Source: an uncultured bacterium
Lineage (GTDB): Bacteria; Oederibacteriota; Oederibacteriia; Oederibacteriales; Oederibacteriaceae
Length of the DNA: 64,000 nucleotides
Assembly: GCA_965112635.1 (NCBI GenBank)
Contig: OZ218778.1
Span: 32,001 to 96,000 of the forward strand
Direction of reading: 5' to 3'
Notes under the pieces: generated by a model
What the model saw: only the letters and a program-made list of their open reading frames with translations
What the model was told of the DNA's origin: nothing
Database searches by the model: none
In this document: piece after piece, positions 41,401 to 47,400 of the stretch
How the letters are laid out: each line of letters begins with the position of its first letter
How positions within the stretch are numbered: the stretch's first letter is position 1
Translations under genes and position numbers: made by a program

Positions 41401-44400
41401 CAGAAAAGCCTGGCTGATCCCGGAATAAGTGGGAGCGCTGGCCACCTGGAATTGGTTGAAATACCCTATCCCTGCGCCATTGGCCGTGGCTGCCGTGATG
41501 GTGACCGTGTAATAACCCGTGGCAGCGCTAGCACTGACCGTGGCCGACAGGGTTATGGAATAGGCGCTCCAGTTCTGGATGGAATAAGAGGTAATATTGG
41601 CATTGCTCGAGGCATAATCTAAAAGCAATGAGCCGATGGTGGACCCAAAATAACCGTCCGTATCGTAAAGATTGACCGTTACATTGGACGCCCCCTGGCC
41701 TACCGAGGACGGCGTTATGACGGCATGACTCCCGCCATTGGGTCTGGGCACCACATAGAATACGTTCCCGGTGGTCAACTGGCCGTTGTTATCGCCATTA
41801 ATAATAGTAAGGGTCCGGTTCGCCGAACCCGAGGTCGTCGCTGTCGAAGCCGCGTTCACGGTCAAGACGATCTGGCTCGGCGCCCATGAATACACCGTGT
41901 CCGTCACATCCCCCCCGCCGCTAAAGGTCACGCTTCCCGTCTTGACCCCAAAATTGCTCCCATAGATGGTCATCTGCTGGTTGGTCGCGCCCTGGCCCAG
42001 GTAGTTAAGGTTCGCGGTATTGGTGATACTGACAAAGGTCGGTTTGGCCGCCACCTGGAATCCATTAAAAGCTCCTACCCCAGAACCGTTGGCTGCGGCC
42101 GCCGTCATCGTCACCGCGTAATATCCTACGGTGGCATTGCTGATCACAGTCGCGGTCAAGGTGATGGAGTGGGCATCCCAGGTCTGTAATGTGTAGGGGT
42201 TGATATTAGTGTTCCCTGAGGCGGCATCCAGCAACAGAGTGCCGGTGTTGGAACCAAAATTCCCGTTAACGTCGTACAAATTAACCGTTATCCCGCTGGC
42301 TCCCTGACCTAGGACAGCCGGCGTCATCACGGTCGACCCGCTCGCGTTCGGGCTGGGTACCACATAGAATACGTTCCCCGTCGTAACTACCCCGCCATTG
42401 GTTCTATTAACAATGGTCAGGGTCCGGTTGGCCGAGATCGAGGTGGTCGCGTTGTTGGCCACGGTCACATTCATACTGATGGAACTGTTGTTCCAGGAGT
42501 TATAACTGGTCACGCTGACCCCGGTCCCGCTCACGGTCACGGTCCCGCTGCTCCCAAATCCTCCTCCGGAGATGGTCACCACCGCATTGGTCGCACCCTG
42601 GCCCAAGTAGGCCTGGCTGATACTGGTATAGCTTGGCCCGCTCACCACCCAAAACGAGTTGAAATACCCGATGCCCGCTCCGTTGGCCGTAGCAGCGGTA
42701 ATGGTCACTGTGTAATACCCGGCCACGGCATTTGTGGCTGCCGTAGCCTGCAGGGTAATGGAATTAGCGCTCCAATTTTGGACCGTATAGGAAGAGATAT
42801 TGGCATTGCCAGTGGCTGAATCCAGCAAAAGAGTCCCGGTATTGGATCCAAATTTGGCATTGGGATCAAAAAGATTGACCGTCAGGTTTGATGCCCCCTG
42901 CCCCAGCGAAGAAGGGGTCATGACCGTGGAACTGAGCGCATTGGGAGCGTTGACCACATAAAAAACATTCCCGGTCGTGACCTGGCCTCCGTTATCCCCG
43001 TTGACAATGGTCAGGGTCCGATTCGGGGAGGATGCGGTCGCCGCATTACTGGCCACGTTCACTGTCACGATGATCTGGCTGGTGCTCCAACTGTAGTTGG
43101 TGACCGTGATGTTGCCTCCGCTGAAGGTCACTGAACCCTGGTTGGTCCCAAAACTGCCCCCGTAAATGGTCAACTGCTGTTGGTAAGCGCCCTGGCCCAG
43201 GTAGGTGAGATTTGCAGTATTGGTGATACTAATAAAGGAAGGAGCCGGAGCGATCTTGAACCCGTTAAAAGCCCCCACTCCATACCCGCTGCTACCCGCC
43301 GCAGTCATGGTCAAGGCATAATAACCGGTGGTGGCGGAACTGCTGATATTGGCTGTCAGGGTGATGGAATTGGCGCTCCAGCCTCCTGAGTTTATATAAT
43401 AACTCGTCACATTTTGGTTGCCGGTCGCGGAATCCACCAGAACAGAACCTTGGGCGGTCCCAAAAAACCCGTTGGGGTCAAAAAGATTGATGGTGGCGTT
43501 GGTCGCTCCCTGGCCGATGGTCGGTGGAGACACATTGGTCTTGCCGTTGACGGTCATGATCGTGGAATTATAGGAATTAGGCCCGTTGATGATGGTCAAG
43601 GCATTGGAGCTAGTGCTTACGCCGTTGTCGGTGCTCCGCTTGACCGTGATGCTATAAGGCCCGGTGGTGGCATTGGAAGCCACGCTCACGGTGCAGACAA
43701 TGGTCCCGGAAACCCACGAGGTATAGCCGGTCACACTGACCCCGGACCCAAAGGAGAGGGTTCCCTGGGTATTTCCAAATCCGCTTCCCTGGATGGTCAA
43801 AGAGGTATGAGCGCCCTGGCCCAGGGTCGAGGGGGAGACTGTACTGACCACGGGCGCCGAAGAAATGGTCAATTTGCCCGAATTATCGGTGTTTATCCCC
43901 AGGTCGCTGCCGTTCTGGATGGTGATGGAAGGGTTTCCAGTCGTGGCGTAAGTGCAATCCAGGTTGGCCACAATATACTGGGGGCTTGACCCGCCGTGCC
44001 AAACCGCTGACCCTATAATATTGATATTGTTGCCAAAACTTAAATTACCGCTGGTCCCGAAATCCGAGGCGTCCGAAGTGATGGTCACGCTCACATTGGT
44101 GGCGCCCACACCTATGGTGCTGGGCGAGATGGAGGCAATGGACGGATGGGCTGTGATGGTGATCCGGCCGTAAAACACCGCCTGGGCATAACCCTGGCTG
44201 GTGCCGGTATAGAGGGTGAAATTCTGGGGCCCGGTCGTGGGAAAAGTGGTCCCTCCGTTGGCCGACAGGGTCAGGTTCATCCCGATGGCGCTGCTGCTCC
44301 AGCCTCCGGTGTAGCCTGTCACGCTGATATTGGTGTCCGTGAACTTGACATAACCCCCGGTCTGGTTGGACCCGAAATTAGTGCCTCCTAGGGTAATGGT

Positions 44401-47400
44401 CAGCTGGGCCCCCTGGCCGACCGGCGCTCCCAGAGTCAGCCCTGTAGGAGTCTCGCTGACAAAGGTGGGTGGCGCAAGCACGGAAAACAGCGTAGCCACT
44501 TTAGTAACACCGTAATTATCACTATTGATGACCGTAATTGTGCAGGGGCCGGTCACGACCCCTCCACCTGACAAGTCCATGGTCAAGGGGATAAAGGTGG
44601 AATTCCCGGTCGATCCCACCGCATCATTAACCCCGTCGTTAAAAGACACGCTGGGAGTACTGTTGCCGAAATTACTGCCGTAGAGGGTCATCCCCTGGTT
44701 GGAGCATCCGGCTCCCAGGCTGGAGGTGCTGAAAGAGGTCTGGACACTGGTCACAGAGGGAGCATTGGCCACGGTCAAGGGATTGGGGGAGGAGATGACG
44801 GCTTTGCCCTGGTTGTCGTTGTTGGTGATGGTGATACTGCAGTTCCCCGCCGTAGCTGTACTGGCCACCTGCACGGACATAGTGATGGTGGTGGAGGTCG
44901 TCAACAGGACCGTTCCGGTCACTCCGGCATTGCCAAAGGCCACGGTTGCATTGGTGGAGCTGGAGGGGTTGTTGACCGTCCCGTTGAAACCAGTGCCATT
45001 GATGGTCAGGGTCGTGGAAGCTCCGGCGCCCAGAGTGGATGGGGATACTGAGGAGATGGTCGGAGCAGCGTCAATATCCAGATAATTGGCCCCATCCGAC
45101 TTATAACCTCCGGTTTGAGGATTGTTCACCCAGACCGTGGCCGGCCCGCTGGCAACGGCATTGCAACTGATCACCGCAACGATGGAGTTCGTGGCCCAGC
45201 TCGTGATACTGTTGACGGCGATTGCCCCAACGCCTGCTGTGATACTAAGATTATTGACGGTCCCGCCCGTGCCAAAAGTACTGCCACTCCCAGTGATAGT
45301 GATGGTTTGGTTCTGTGCCCCGACCCCGATGTCCATGGGCTGGACATTGGTAATGGTCGGGCCGGCCACAATGGTGATGAATTGGTAATAGGCTCCCACG
45401 GATTGCCAAGTAGGAGTTGAATTAGGTTCGGTCAAATACACGGAGATGCCGGACCCTACGTCAGAATCTCCGGCGCCTTTCTGGAAAGTCGGGACCCAGG
45501 TGACGGAACTGTTATTGTACGCAGTAAGGGAGGTGATGGTGAAATCATTATCATAACCGCCGTAATCAATAGTCCCAGCGGCCAGGGCATTATAATTTCC
45601 AGCACCGCCGGTAAATTTGACCGAGATGGAGGTATAGCCCAAACCGTTCCCCACACCGATAAAAGCAGGGTTAGGCGTGACGCTGGTCAGGTTGGGAGGC
45701 GCAAAAAACTTGAGAAAAGCGGCGTTGCTCATTCCCGCCGAAGTACCGCCATAATTCGGAAGGACCGTGACTGTGGGATTATTGGCCGCGACACCTCCCA
45801 GGGACATGTCCACCAAGACCGTGATCTGGCTGTCGGACCACGACACGATACTCTGGACGATATTGGTCCCATTGCTGACGATGGACACGCTACCGTTGAA
45901 TCCGGTGCCGGATGCGGTGGTATCCCCAAAATGGGGGTTGGCACCGCCGGGATAGATGGTAATGTCCCTTAAATTTTGGCCGTTGAGTGCGAACGCCTGC
46001 AGACCCATGTTCACGGGACTGCAGGGAACGGCGTTGGATAAGGTGGGTAAGGGGGCGACAAAAAGCGCGCCTTGGGCCGTGCTGACACCTCCATTGGTGC
46101 CGCTATGGACTTGCGCGGTTCTGGTCCCCGAAACCGCACCTGCCGTCGTGACCAGCACCTGGATCTGGGTGTCGGACCAGCTAACGTAACTGGCTGAATT
46201 GCAGTTTGTCCCGCTCCAGGACACAGTACCCTGTACATTACCAAAGCCGCTGCCGGTAATGATAACCGGGTAATTGGCGACCGTGGTGGCGATGTCGTTA
46301 TTTTGGCCCAAAAAGTTTCCTGCGGTGATGTTGGTGATGGTGGCCGAATAGGGCACGACCTGGAGGGTCTGGTTGCTCGAAGGATAGGTCGGGAAATACT
46401 GGTCCACATACCCTTGGCCTCCCCAGGGAGCAGCGTCGGTCCTACCCGTGATGGTGAGGGTGTAATAAGTCGGATTGGCTGCATTGGATACATCGACCGT
46501 GATGGTGATGCTCTGTGCGTTGGCCCAGTTTAATACCTGGCTCGGAAAAGCGGTGGAGTCCAAAAAGCAGGTGGCACCCGTGCCATGTGCCCCAAAAGTC
46601 CCGTTGGGATCGTAGAAATTGATGGGGACACCGGTAGCCCCTTGTCCGATCTGGGTATTGCCCGCGACCGAATTGACGGTGATGACCACGCCTCCGCTAT
46701 AGCAAGGCGGAGCGATAATGGTGGCCGTACCGGTGACTGTGGCGTAATCCTGCCATTTCGTGGAGTCGTTATTATTGGTCCAGATCACGGGAAAAGTGCT
46801 TCCCACCACGGCAGAGCATGTCCGGCATCCGGAATTAGTTTGGACCCCGTTGAGGACAAAGGTGGTATTGGTCGACGGCGAAGTTGGGCCGGTAAAGGTG
46901 GGAGCATTGGCGCCTGTCATCACGGACATTTGCGGGGTGCCGCCTATGAGCAGGCCGCCATTGACATTTTCAGTTATATTGCAGGGATATCCGTCGTACC
47001 CGGCGTTCTGTCCAATGTTGAGGACTAGATGCGGTTGGACATAAAAAGGCACGCCGTTAGTGTTTAGGCCAAAGGCTGTGACCGTGATGTTGCCCAGGCC
47101 CTGGGCGTTGGCAGGAATGGTCGCGGTGACCCTGGTATCGACATTGGGGATACCCGAATAATTGTTGCAACCGGTCGTAGCGACCGCACCAGGGAAGGTA
47201 AATACAGAACTGATGGGTGCACCCTGCTTTTGACCAAAATCTGCGCCGTAAATGGCGATGATATCACCCTGATAACCGTAGACGATGTTCGTAGGGCCGT
47301 AATACTTATTGGCTGTGGTGTTGACAACCATGCTCGTGTAAGCCGAACAGGTCAGACTGCCGTAAATATAAGGCTGAACATTCAAAACACCGTTGGCTTC

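Noticed and set aside
4870-46400. Regular DNA repeats suggestive of a CRISPR array or diversity-generating retroelement
   Set aside because: Periods are 270-360 nt, in frame and vary at wobble positions. There is no constant short repeat with unique spacers, and no cas or reverse transcriptase gene in the window.
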